A DNA stretch of 57,065 nucleotides from Chromera velia. Lineage: Eukaryota. Shown one piece after another: positions 46,227 to 57,065 of this stretch. Positions within the stretch are counted from its first letter, which is position 1, and each line of letters starts with the position of its first letter. The DNA lies in assembly GCA_018398765.1 (NCBI GenBank), contig JAHBMJ010000091.1, positions 1 to 57,065 on the forward strand. Reading direction: 5' to 3'. Below the pieces are notes generated by a model, which was given only the letters and a program-made list of their open reading frames with translations, searched no databases and was not told the origin of the DNA. A program made the translations under genes and the position numbers.

Positions 46227-46904
46227 TTTTTTTTCAAGTTCCGCGATTGAATGTGTGACTGGCCAGAGCAACGAAATCGACGCTGAATGGCTGCAGATCG
46301 ACCTCTGGACCAAATGGAGTGGTCAGACTGCCTCAATCGCTCCGGCGCTAGGGCAGATCGAAATTCATCGCTCGATCGTGATGAAGACACTGCCTGCTGA
46401 GTGCATGCGCGCTTGATTATATAATTCTGACAGCTAGACCATTCAATCGATCTGACAGAACTGCCAGAACCGGAAGCAATGATGAATGTGTTGCTATGAA
46501 GGGCGCGCTACACACGAATGCATTGGGTGTTGCATGCATGCAGGCAACTCGCGCTTCAGTGCAACAGACGCACATTAATGCAACACGCGGGTGGATGCAA
46601 CTGTCAAGCATTCAATGTTGCAGTGTTGCACTCAACAACGATGCAGCATATATATATATATGCGCGATCGTTGCAGTGTCAGTACCTCCCAGCTTTCGCA
46701 CGTACTACAACCACACACCAGACTTGCATGATTTAGCTTAGCTCGGTGAGGTTCAAATCATTGGGCCGTTGAAGGCGACTTGGCGCAACGTTTCCAGACC
46801 TCGAGACGGAAGCTGAACAACGCCGGGTTTCGCAGAGCTCCATGCATGCAGTCAGCCCCACAAAGCCAATTGAGTGTCTTGGTGAGGACCTGATCTCAGT
46901 GAAG

Positions 46905-49059
46905 ATGGTTTTTTTGCCCCGCTTCTTCGTTTTTCTCTCTGTCCGTCGCCGGCAGCTTCCCTTGTTTCTTTTGGGTCTTCTTTTGCAGACCCTCTCCAGC
47001 TTTTTGGCAGTCACCCGGACAGAGTCCCGAATTCCTGAAGCTTGTATAGCGCGCTTCTCCTACCCGTCCACCGACACTCTTTTCCTTCACCCGCGTTTAG
47101 TTTATCCCTTCAGAATGCGCAAAAGACGCACGAAAGCCTCCGAGCAGAGAGAAGAGGCTAGTGATCGATCTCAGGGCCGAGGCGAAGAGCAGCCAGCGCA
47201 AAAAAAGCGGAAGGCAATGCCTTTCGGGTACAGTCTGCCAGAGGATACAAGCCCGTCGCAGAGGGAACGCGTGACTGCGTGCGTGCAAAGAAGTGTCAGG
47301 GTTTTTGACCGATTCCTTGAGAAGAGACGACCAGCTCAGCACACGCTGTGTGCTTTTCTGCAGCTGAAGTTCTTCGTTGCCCAATTCTCCCACGTGAACC
47401 ACAGCAGTCAGTTTTCGCTTTCGCGTCCTGCAGAGAAGCTCTCAAGTCAGGCAACTGAAGAGATGTGTTTACGAACACCAAGGGGGATTCCATTCGTGCT
47501 CGATTGCGGCTGCGGTACCGGTTCTTCCACATTCGGCTTGGCCCTCAGCCGTCCAGATCTGCCGATCGTTGGAGTGGACAGGTCCAGAGACCGTCTGACG
47601 AGACGGAACAGTTTCAAGATGGGAAGAATACCCCCGAATATTTTGCTTCTTCGGGCAGAACTGACTGACCTTTGGTACCTCTTGGCCCTCGAAGCTGCAG
47701 GATTTGACCTGCTTCCGCTCTACAGAGATGCACTTGAGAGACAGAAGGAGGGAGAAAGAGAAGCGAAAAAAGGGTTTATTCTTTCTTGTTCAGAGGACGA
47801 TATACCCTTCTGTCAGTATCCCCAGTCCTTCTTCTCAGAGGAGCCGACCCTCAGACGAGTGAAAGACTTGCTCTTCAACAGTGCAAAGGCATCCACAGAG
47901 GAAGTGCAGGACACCTCGCGTGTCCCGCCTCAGGTTGACCTTCGAGGACCAGTCAGCAGTCGAAAGTCCGATGTACACAAGATTTTCATTTCGGAAGACG
48001 AGCTGGCCCAGATACTGAGTGTAAACACCTGCCTCTGTCACCAACTGTTGCTGTATCCGAATCCAATGCCAAAAAAAAGGGATCTCTCGAAACGCATTCA
48101 CGGAAACACAGATCTCATCTGCCTTTTGGCGGTAAGTACGGTCTTTTCTTCCATCCTCGTCATATGTCGTCCTGTCTCAGCAATTAGTGCTCTCACGGAA
48201 ATTCTTTCTTCATGAAGCTGGTTGGAGATCCTGCAGCGTGTGTGGAACATCGGATATCGCCGTTTTGGTGCCGGCATGTACTTTTTTGTCAATGCAAATA
48301 GAATGTCTGTTCTTCTTGGCTTGCTGTTCTGTATGCAGGCAGGGCCTCTCGAGAGTTTGACGTTGCGAAGCAATTGGAGTCAGTACCTTTGGGAGTTTCT
48401 TTCGGCAACTGAGGACCTTGCTGCTCTAGGCCGAGATTGGAAGGGACGGGGGGGGGGTGAAGGGGAGAGTCGCAGTCAAAGTGAGGGTGAGAGAAGAGAA
48501 GGGCGGGATGAGGGAAATCCAGATGCTTGTAGAGGTGTTGAAGGAGAAGGACAAGGAGAGGAAAGACAAGGTGCCTCAGAAAGAGCAGGGGACTCCCTGG
48601 ACTTTCGAAGAGCGAGTGAGGCTCTTCTGACACGTGCTGCAGAGTTCTGTATTAAGGCCAAGAGCCGCTTGGAACCTCTGGACTTCATGGAAGCAGACAG
48701 GTTCGTCAGGAGTGTTTTAGTTAGTATGCGTGTAGCAATAGGCCGTGCGGCCATATACTCAGCAGGCAAGGCCCTGTTCTAAACTCAGTTTGCTGGGACG
48801 ACCACATGAAGACATTGCGCTGTCTGTCGGCTCCGTGTTTTCGTTGTTCGGACTTGTTGCTCTCTCCAGTCGTCTATGCATTCAAGACCAGCGTGTTAGA
48901 AAGCAAACAAACGACAAGGGATACAGGGAGCACTTCGGAGTCGAATGGAGTCGCGAATCCGTTGTTTGTCTTGTGGCGTGTATAAGTCATGCAAGCTACA
49001 ATGGACAAATCACACGCACGCACGCATACACATGCACACACACGCGCGCGCATGAGGGA

Positions 49060-49095
<36 letters not shown>

Positions 49096-49579
49096 GAAAG
49101 CAAGGGGAAAGGCGAAACAAAAAGAAAATAGGAGACGAGGTAAGAAAGAGTGAGGAAGAAAAGGGACCTCTCATCGCGATGTGAATAGATACGATTTAGA
49201 ATTTCACTGCTCTTTTATGACCTTGTACAGATGAGCTTCAGGTCAGTCAAAGGGATTCTTAGTTCTTCTAATTGCTTCAACAAGTCAGCTGAACTTCAAT
49301 TCTCAGTGTTTCATGCTATAGTCTCGACCTCGATCTTCTGGAATTGGTTCACTTTGATTGACATTCAATGCATTGAATTCGGTCACACGTACATGCAGCT
49401 CCGAGCCTGTGGAGGCGCTCGATTTTCAGGAGCGTGGACCATCTCAGCAAAGCGCGCCAAAAGAGAGGAAAACTATGGGACCCTTTTTAGATGTTCAACG
49501 CAGAGCTCCCACATCTTTTGAAGACAAATATACAAAAGAAGGGGAGAAACTGAAGCAGCTTTCTTTTTGGGTTCCTTAA
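46905..49579 (+). CDS. trmB: TrmB-like SAM-dependent tRNA (guanine-N7) methyltransferase, bacterial-type, possibly plastid-targeted; 3 exons
   Basis: VLDCGCGTGSST (motif I), IVGVDRS, NILLLRAELTDLW, LLYPNPMPKKRDLSKRIHG, LTLRSNWSQYLWEF and PTSFEDKY. Exons ~46905-48131, ~48339-48700, ~49504-49579. Hydrophobic N-terminal leader. Confidence 0.72.
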
Positions 49580-50075
49580 AAGTACGTCTGCAAAGTCTAT
49601 ATATGCAGCTTGCGCTAGAGCCTGAGTTTGCATATAGAAAACGTGTCATGCACGCATATATGCATGCGCGCCACTACAAGCGAATAATATGAATGAAAAA
49701 ATATAGATATAATCCAAAATGTGGAGTAGAAACTAGACTAAATTTAAAAGAATAAAACAGCAATGAAGGTATTTGACCAAAATGAAGGTGTAGCGTATAA
49801 CACAAAGTATTTTTGTTTCTGTAATACGCTAACAGCGGTCAAAGTAAAATTCAATCAAATTCACCAAATTACTCTGAAATTGAGTCTGAATGTCAAGCTC
49901 AGTGCTTTGTTTGAAATTCTGTAATATAATTTTTTGACTATATATTTTTTTGGATAAATCTATACTTTAATCTAAACTTTAGTCCAGCCGTGAACTGAAC
50001 CTTATTATTGCCCTTATACTAGGTTTTACTATACAAATTCAGCTAAGACCTAGTTAAGGTCCTAACTTAAGGATC

Positions 50076-50628
50076 TACACCAATCCTGTAGGGTTACACA
50101 ATTACTTTTTTCAAAATGTTTTGTTATACATTGTTTTGTTATACATTTTAATAGAATTTTGATGAATGAATTAGTACACACTTTAGTGTGCCTAGTAGTG
50201 TGCATTAATTCAAACTATCACTTTTAGCAATGCATTAAGTACACACTTCAACTTGACTTTAGTATGCATTAATTCAAACCATCACTTTTAGGAATGCATT
50301 ATTATACACTTTAGTGTGTATTAATTCTAGGTTTCATCTTCGTCTTCTTTTTTTTCTTCAGGATGGTTTGAAGGTACTGCTTTTGGAGCAATGGTGTCGT
50401 CAGCAACATGACAGGGAGAAGTTTTGAGCACAGTCAGAGCACTGAAGGCAAGGGTAAAAGAGCAGAGGCAGGAACACGGGGGGTGGGAGAGACGGTGTTA
50501 AAAGATTTATCTGGAATTATTGCACACTAATTGTTATATCTAGTGTTACAGACTTTTATGTGTAACAAAGGGGGGTCAGAAGTAATTGTTACACATTTAA
50601 CTTTGTGTAACACTACAGGATTGGTGTA
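50076..50628. mobile_element. Non-autonomous DNA transposon (MITE), family B: ~25-bp TIRs with TACAC termini and an 8-bp TSD
   Basis: Left TIR TACACCAATCCTGTAGGGTTACACA (50076-50100). Right TIR (50604-50628) reverse-complements to TACACCAATCCTGTAGTGTTACACA. TSD TAAGGATC at 50068-50075 and 50629-50636. Internal ~60-bp tandem repeats at ~50175-50330. Confidence 0.9.
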
Positions 50629-51065
50629 TAAGGATCTGTATTATATGCTTAATTAAGCTGCATACCACTGATGCCAGTACTTAATGAACTCCCCTAGAAC
50701 TCTCCGGATATTTTATGCAAGTACTATGAATATTAAACTTTATAGAGAAGTAACCTCAGATTCTAGCTATATAAGATTCGGCCCTAGATTCGATCGGCCC
50801 CGGTATATTAAACTACAGATAGACATAGCGGGAAGGCCCTAGGGCGGAACATATCAATCAATCAATCAAACTCTAGATTAAACTGCTTTAATAGTAAACT
50901 GCATGCATGGGACTCTCAAAAGTTTTCTTAAAATTTCTTTTAATATAGATTCAGTAATTAACTATATATCATTACATATTAATGATGTACACTGCAGTCT
51001 AGACTGCAGTGAGCTATAGATAGTCTACACACATTGTAAACTTGAATAAGTTAAAATAACTTTGG

Positions 51066-51067
<2 letters not shown>

Positions 51068-51107
<40 letters not shown>

Positions 51108-51154
51108 ACACAGACACACACTCGCACACGCACACGCGCACACAGACACATGCA

Positions 51155-51191
<37 letters not shown>

Positions 51192-51310
51192 CACACACAC
51201 ACCAATGGGGGGAAACTGCATTTAATTAAGATCGGTTCCTAGCACGTCCGCCTCACTCTTAACCTTCCATCCGTCTACGCAACAAAGCAACACCCCTGGC
51301 TACATTGCCA

Positions 51311-51353
<43 letters not shown>

Positions 51354-51490
51354 ACACACTCACACACTCACACACTCACACACTCACACACACACTCACA
51401 CACTCACTCACACACTCACTCACCTAGACACTCACACGCACACGCACACGCACACGCACACACTCGCACTCGCACACGCGCACACACGCG

Positions 51491-51534
<44 letters not shown>

Positions 51535-51590
51535 CTCTCACTCACTCACTCACTCACTCACTCACTCACTCACTCACTCACTCACTCACA
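51068..51590. repeat. (CA)n/(CACT)n microsatellite interrupted by copy 2 of the dispersed ~100-bp repeat (51207-51303)
   Basis: Directly visible; the insert matches 25064-25164. Confidence 0.85.
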
Positions 51591-51987
51591 AGCTAGCACA
51601 CACTTGAATTCAGATGGAAGCGAATTTGAAGTCGATGCTTCGACCAATCAGTTCAATGGATTGAGATCGTTGAGTTCTGTTTCAATGTGACAGCGAGTAA
51701 CGATTCTAGAGAATTTCTTTTCGGCTGGGGAGTGCAGACTTGACGTATACAAACTGCACCATGCACGCGTGTCCAGAGAGCTCGCCCGCAGCATTTCGCG
51801 GAAGTTACTTTGTACCTTCGCGGTCTGTCGGTTTCGAAACTCTTTCCGTGTTTAAGAGGATCGGGACCCGTTCAGTCGCTTTCCAGTTTTGTTTCATCTG
51901 CATGGTCATTCAGCTCGCACTTGTTCCTTTCTCCGTCCCCTTCCTCTGTGAACGTTTCGCTTTTGAAGACAACGACCAGTCGGTCGT

Positions 51988-52812
51988 TTAACCGCAGCAG
52001 CCCTTGGACTTCTTGACGGGCATGGGGGCGTCACGCTGGGGGGGGGCGGCGGGGGGGGCACCAGGGGGGCCGTAGCCGGCAGCAGGAGGTCCCTGGGGGT
52101 ACTGCTGGGGGTAGGGGGCGGGGGCGGTGTAGGCGGGCTGGGCGTAGTAAGAGGGGTCGTACTGCTGGTAGCCACCGTAGGCATACTGCACAAGACAGAT
52201 TCACAGGAGGGGATATACACGATTGACAAGCGAGCACACGGTATGGAGAGCTAGAGTGGAGACCACTGATAATCTGCAAGACGGATCAAAGGTGGGAGAT
52301 GAATGAATGAATGACTAAGCCGGTGGAGCCGAGCTCCTGGCAGTCCATGTCATGCAAGGCAGAAGGAAGGCAGAAGAGCACAAGTGGTCATGTAGGTAAG
52401 TTGTTGCGCAACGTTGTGCACAATCTGGTAGACGGGACAGAAACGTGCACAAGAAAGGAGAGAGGCAACTGACGGGATCATAGGTGGTGGGGGCAGCATA
52501 AGTGGCGGGCTGGAGGTAGCCAGCGTCGTAGGTGGGGGCTCCGTAGGTGGGAGCGGCGTAAGCGTATCCACCTGCGGACAGAGGTCAAGAGGTTGGACAA
52601 GGATGCAAAGGTTGAACCACTTGCGGCAGACAAGGACTGACACATAACGACCACAAGGAAGACAGCAAAAGGTTTCTGGAAAGGCCTTTGAAGTTTGGAA
52701 CAAAGTCGGTCAACGCTGGGTGAAGTGGAGGGAGACCCTGGGAGGGCTGCGCGAAGGTGAGACACTACAGAGAGATGAGCGTCTGTTTGCGCTTACCGGC
52801 GTAGGGATCCAT
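51988..52812 (-). CDS. Small Pro/Tyr/Gly/Ala-rich protein with C-terminal KKSKGCCG lipidation-like motif, 3 exons
   Basis: MDPYA|GGYAYAAPTYGAPTYDAGYLQPATYAAPTTYDP|YAYGGYQQYDPSYYAQPAY...PMPVKKSKGCCG* joins in phase at canonical GT-AG sites; GC3-rich codons. Confidence 0.75.
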
Positions 52813-53479
52813 TTTGAGGTTGAAGAGTGAAAAGAAGGCTTGGACGGTTCCTGTTCGGCTGTGAGTCACTTGGGTTTTCTTTGCTTGATGGAAGTGTGAC
52901 AGAGGAGGTTGCCTTCTCAAACGCTCAGTTGTTGTGAAGTCGTTGTCGGTCGATCGGTCGCGACGCAGATCGACCGACTCGCGACGCGTGCACGCACGTA
53001 ATACGGGGGCCACGTCAATACAGAAAAATGAAATAATGGAATTTGTATCAGTCTCTGCATGTATGTCGGAAAATAATTATTTAAAAAAGAATTTATATAA
53101 TAAATTGCGTATATATTCCTTTGAGGGCATGCCGTGGCCACTCATGTTCGGGCAGCGAAATGATGCCGCGAAGTGATCCAAAATCACGCACAAGTGGTTT
53201 TGGAGACGGATCCAAGCAAGACGTCGTGCAGAAATTCAAAGGTCAGTCACGAGGCTCAAAGATCTGCAAGACAGCACTGTGGACGAGCTATGGTTGCATA
53301 GCAGCTGCAGCTTGTTTCAGCGACTCGTCTCACGACCTTTTACTCGAAGTGGCATCGAAAGAAACGTGAGAGTAACGGGAAAGTGTCCTCAACTTGGAAC
53401 AGCACGGATTCACGCCTGTCCCAAAAGAGATAGGTATCAGTCGGCGAAGCAACGCCGAGAAGGAAGAAAAAGGTCCACG

Positions 53480-56400
53480 ATGATGAAGGCCAAGGGAAAC
53501 CGTGTGGCGAATCAGGATCTGGAGGAGTCTCTCCTTCCGTCTGATCCTCAGGGAAAGCAGGCACCTGAACTGAAAGTGAACGTGGCGCCTGCCGTTGTTG
53601 GAGAAACGGAGAGGGAAGATGGAAACGAGCATTCGAAGAGCAAGCAGGGGGGCCTCGTCGGAGCGATTACGAGAAGTTGCAGGGGTGACAATCTTCTCCT
53701 GGCGCTTTACACTCTTGGTCTTTTGTTTACTTCTGTCGGAAATTCTGTCTTCTTCAAGAAGATGTCAGTGGTGAGAAGCTGCAGACAAGGGCCGGGCGGC
53801 CGTCTCGCAGAGGCTGTCATGTTGCTTCGTGTACCTGCCCGACATTCCTTCACGCTGCACCAACCTATTTTTGTCCACCGGAACCTGATTTACCAATGGA
53901 ACGTCTGTGCGCACCGCTTTCCAGTTGTGACTTTTTCACTGCCCTTCCCCCCCAGGGGTACTTCCCCTCCTACCCCTCTCGCAAAGCACTATGCTGATTC
54001 CAACAGCCGTTTGCCTTTTTTACGGGCTCCCGCCGCCGGCTGATTGAATCATTCGCGTGGTCACACACCTTCACCTTCTTCCTGCCCTTCTGCCCCTTCC
54101 TCCCCTCTGCCCCTTCCTCCCCTCCTTTCCCCCTCTTCCCTTTCCTTTCCCCTTCATCCCCCGCATCCGGCTTCACTTCTTTTTTTTCTTCCTTCCCTTC
54201 TTCCCCCATTTCTTGCATCCTTTCCTTCTCTTCCTCTCTTCTTCCCGCCTTTCTTCCTTGCTTTCTTCCTCCCTTCGTTCGCTTATATTCATTCATTCTT
54301 TCCTCCTCTCTTTCCTTCTTTCTTTTCTCTTTCTTTCCGTCACTGTCTCCTGAAGCTTTCCGTGCTTTCGTTCTTTTTCTTTCTTCTTCCTGTTCCGTAT
54401 TGATCCCCTGGTTCCTTCTTCTGTTAAAAATTTCAGTGACGCCCCCACTGCCCTCTATTTCGACCGGTTGTTTCGGTTTCGGAATCGTCCTCCCGTGTTT
54501 TACCTGCAGGACAAACGCAATGCCTAACTACTCGTTCTTCCTCAACCAGCTGACCTCGACGGTGTATATTCCCATCTTCTTCAGTTTGATCTGGTATGCG
54601 GACTTCTCGGGCAAACTGAGCGAGGTCCGCCTCATATATCCCTGCCTTGTTGTGGCCTGGCCTTTTTGTTCTGCTGCACTGGCTCAGAAGGCGCATGGGG
54701 GGATCTTGTTGCTTCCAGAAAAGTTTTCCTTCCCGTGTTTTCTCCCTCTCAATCCCTTCAATCCCTGTGCATGGCTGCTCCTCTCCGTCGTCCCTCTCTA
54801 TGTACGCTTTCATGTCTTCCTGAAACGTCTGTCGATCGTTGCCCGCGGGGCTCTTTTTAGGGAGGGACCTGTGTGCGTGAGGGCGTGTGTGTGTGTGGAT
54901 GTGTGCATGCGTGCACCTGTCATGCTTGTCTTCCTCCGTCATGATGGAACACGAGAGTTGATGGATGTCTGCTGCATCGATGCAGGAGGAAAAGAAGTTC
55001 CCGAAGTCCAGATTCCTCGCCCTGGGGGCTCTGGACGCTCTTGCGGGAATCTGCATGCTCTTCGGGGGCGTGCATACTGCAGGAACACTGCAGGTGCGTT
55101 CGTGGGTTCGTGCTTTGCGGTTTCGCCTTGCTGACCTTCGTCGTTTTGCTCCTTGGCGTCCCCGAGTCCCTGTCTCCTGCCCGTTTTCGCTTCCTTTCCT
55201 CCCTGCGTTCCTGTGATCTTTGCATAGGAGGGGAAACAAGATGAGAGAGATCTGGTCTGAATTTCCCCCTCTTCGCGCTTTCTTGCAGGTCGTGTTCCAG
55301 CAGCTGACCATTCCTGTCACTCTGATTGCGTCGGGTCTCCTCCTTCGGGCGAAGTCAGTCAGTCAATTTGCCTCTCTGTCTGTGTGTCTGTCTGTCTGTG
55401 TGTCTGGGTGTGTGTCTGGGCGTGTGTCACCCTGTCAATCAGAGGAAAGGAAGAGATGGGTTCAACGGGGGCATTTGGTTGTACCTCTGTTCACTTATTC
55501 TTTCTGTCAGTACGCGTTGGTTGTCTTGCAGGGAATGGAAGGAAGCAAACGGCGGGTAGATCAGCCAAAGATCAACAATGAGCTGGTTACCGCGTTCTCT
55601 TTCTGTCCGGCCCCCGGCTCCTGTTCATGCAGGTATCACTTGTGGCAGATTCTGGGGGCGTTAGTGATTCTTGGTGGCGTTGTGGTTGTACAGCTGCCCG
55701 TGATTCTCGGGTGGGATTCGTCAGGGGACGCGTTTGCAGGGAACTCCACGACGTTCAACATCATCTTCTCCCTCTCGGCCGTGGTCGGTCAGCCGAAGGA
55801 AGGGCTTGGAGACTCCGACAGATACACATGTGCTCTCTCTTCTGCCCCTAGCTCTCTTTTTGGAACTCACTCGTTGTAGTGCTCATTATCCGTGTCCGTG
55901 AAAGGCTTCGCTCCCCCATGAGGCACACGCGTGTGTAGTCTGTGTCTGTCTCTCTGTTCTGCCCCCGCACCCCCATCTCTGTTCGATCTCCGGTCGTTTC
56001 CATTCATTTTTCTTTTCTTTTCTTCTCTGCAGCCCATGGCGCTGTCCTCGGTATTCAAGGAGGTTGCCTTCAGGGGTGTGTCTCTTGACGTGAACCTCCT
56101 CCAGGGGTGGGTTGCCTTCTGGCAGGTGTTGATCGGTTTTGTTCTCCTTCCCCTGAACACGCTTCCCTTCTTGGAGGATCAGAAACTCGAGTGGAAGGAT
56201 ATCCCGGAATCTCTATGGGGAGGCTGCAAGTGTCTCTTCGCGGGCGTCAACACTTACGGGGAGGTGAGTTGGTTTCTTCAGAAAGCAACTTCGGTATGCT
56301 TTCCGGTAAACAGTTGAAGGTGCCTGTTGTACATCGAATTGGTCCTCTTTTTATTTCTGCCCTTTTCTCTGTCTTTCCCTTCAAAGAAACGGGAAGCATT

Positions 56401-57065
56401 TTATTTCGATCGACTCCCGCGCGCGTGGGTGCAGGGGGGAAAGGCATGCGGTGGACCTGATCAGCACCCATGCGACGCTTGTGGGGCCGCGTGGATTCCT
56501 GTGGTCGTGTACCTGGCCTTCAACGTCGGGTACAACGTGTTCATGCTCCTCGTGATCAAATACGGCAGCGCTACTCTGTCCTTCCTTGTCGCAACCCTGA
56601 GACTCCCCCTGTCCTCCTTCGCTTTCTACGCCCCTTTCATCATGGTCAGTGCATGGAAGGGGTCAGGGAGGGACGAGGCTGCTGTCTGGTTGAATCATGG
56701 GAATGAAAATCGTGTAAGGGCGAGCTCGGGATTCGAAAGCGACCCCTTCTGAGTAAGAGGGCCTGCATCCTCTCTTGAAACTTCGGAATTTGTGTTGGGG
56801 GTTTTAGTGGAGTGTGGGATGTTGTATGGTGCTGATCCTTGTCGCCTTTTCCCATTTTGACTTTACTTCCGTCCTTCCGCTTTTTGTTTGTGTTTGCTCG
56901 CAGGGTGACGACGCCCAGGAGTTTCAGTGGACTGACTTGGCGGGTCTGGCGGTGCTTCTGATTGGCCTCGTCCTCTACAGGTAGGTAGGTCTGTTTGTGC
57001 GTGTGGGGGGAGGGGGGGAATGCATGATGCGTGGGTTTGGGGGGGGGGGGGGAATGCCCGGGGGG
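53480..57065 (+). CDS. CRT: Chloroquine-resistance-transporter (CRT/CLT) family DMT transporter, multi-exon, 3' end beyond the window
   Basis: Exons give SVGNSVFFKKM|TNAMPNYSFFLNQL, FPKSRFLALGALDALAG, QQLTIPVTLIASGLLLRAK|YHLWQILGA, PMALSSVFKEVAF, LDVNLLQGWVAFWQ, GCKCLFAG...CGGPDQHPCDAC (Cys-rich loop), FNVGYNVFMLLVIKYGSATLSFLVATLRLPL and GLAVLLIGLVLYR. Confidence 0.9.

Noticed and set aside
1..57065. tRNA, rRNA or snRNA genes
   Set aside because: No cloverleaf, A/B-box pair or rRNA-like conserved sequence was recognised by eye; a tRNAscan-SE/Infernal run would be needed to exclude them fully.

Overview
Eukaryotic, intron- and microsatellite-rich genomic DNA. It is most likely from a chromerid alveolate (Chromera velia-like). 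This is an inference from a FabZ with a bipartite signal-peptide/Phe plastid leader, TGCATGCA promoter motifs, a CxHG-repeat protein, a flagellar LRRC51 and a CRT homologue. Recognisable genes: 15-exon DPAGT1/ALG7, a secreted CAP/SCP protein, an SLC35C1-like GDP-fucose transporter, EngB/YihA GTPase with a very long C-terminal extension, a ~37-repeat Cys/His zinc-binding protein, LRRC51, plastid FabZ, a TrmB-like methyltransferase, a small Pro/Tyr-rich lipid-anchored protein and a CRT-family transporter (runs off the window). The ORF track hides an intron-containing, stop-disrupted Crypton-like tyrosine recombinase (2430-4573, minus strand), a decayed OTU protease gene, and several non-autonomous DNA transposons with TIRs and 8-bp TSDs (two with unusual TACAC termini). 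The window is very regular: seven head-to-head gene pairs alternate strands, and every tail-to-tail junction holds an AT/TpA-rich island, four of which contain recognisable transposon-like relics. No rRNA, tRNA or CRISPR was seen. Exon coordinates were read by eye and may be off by a few bases.
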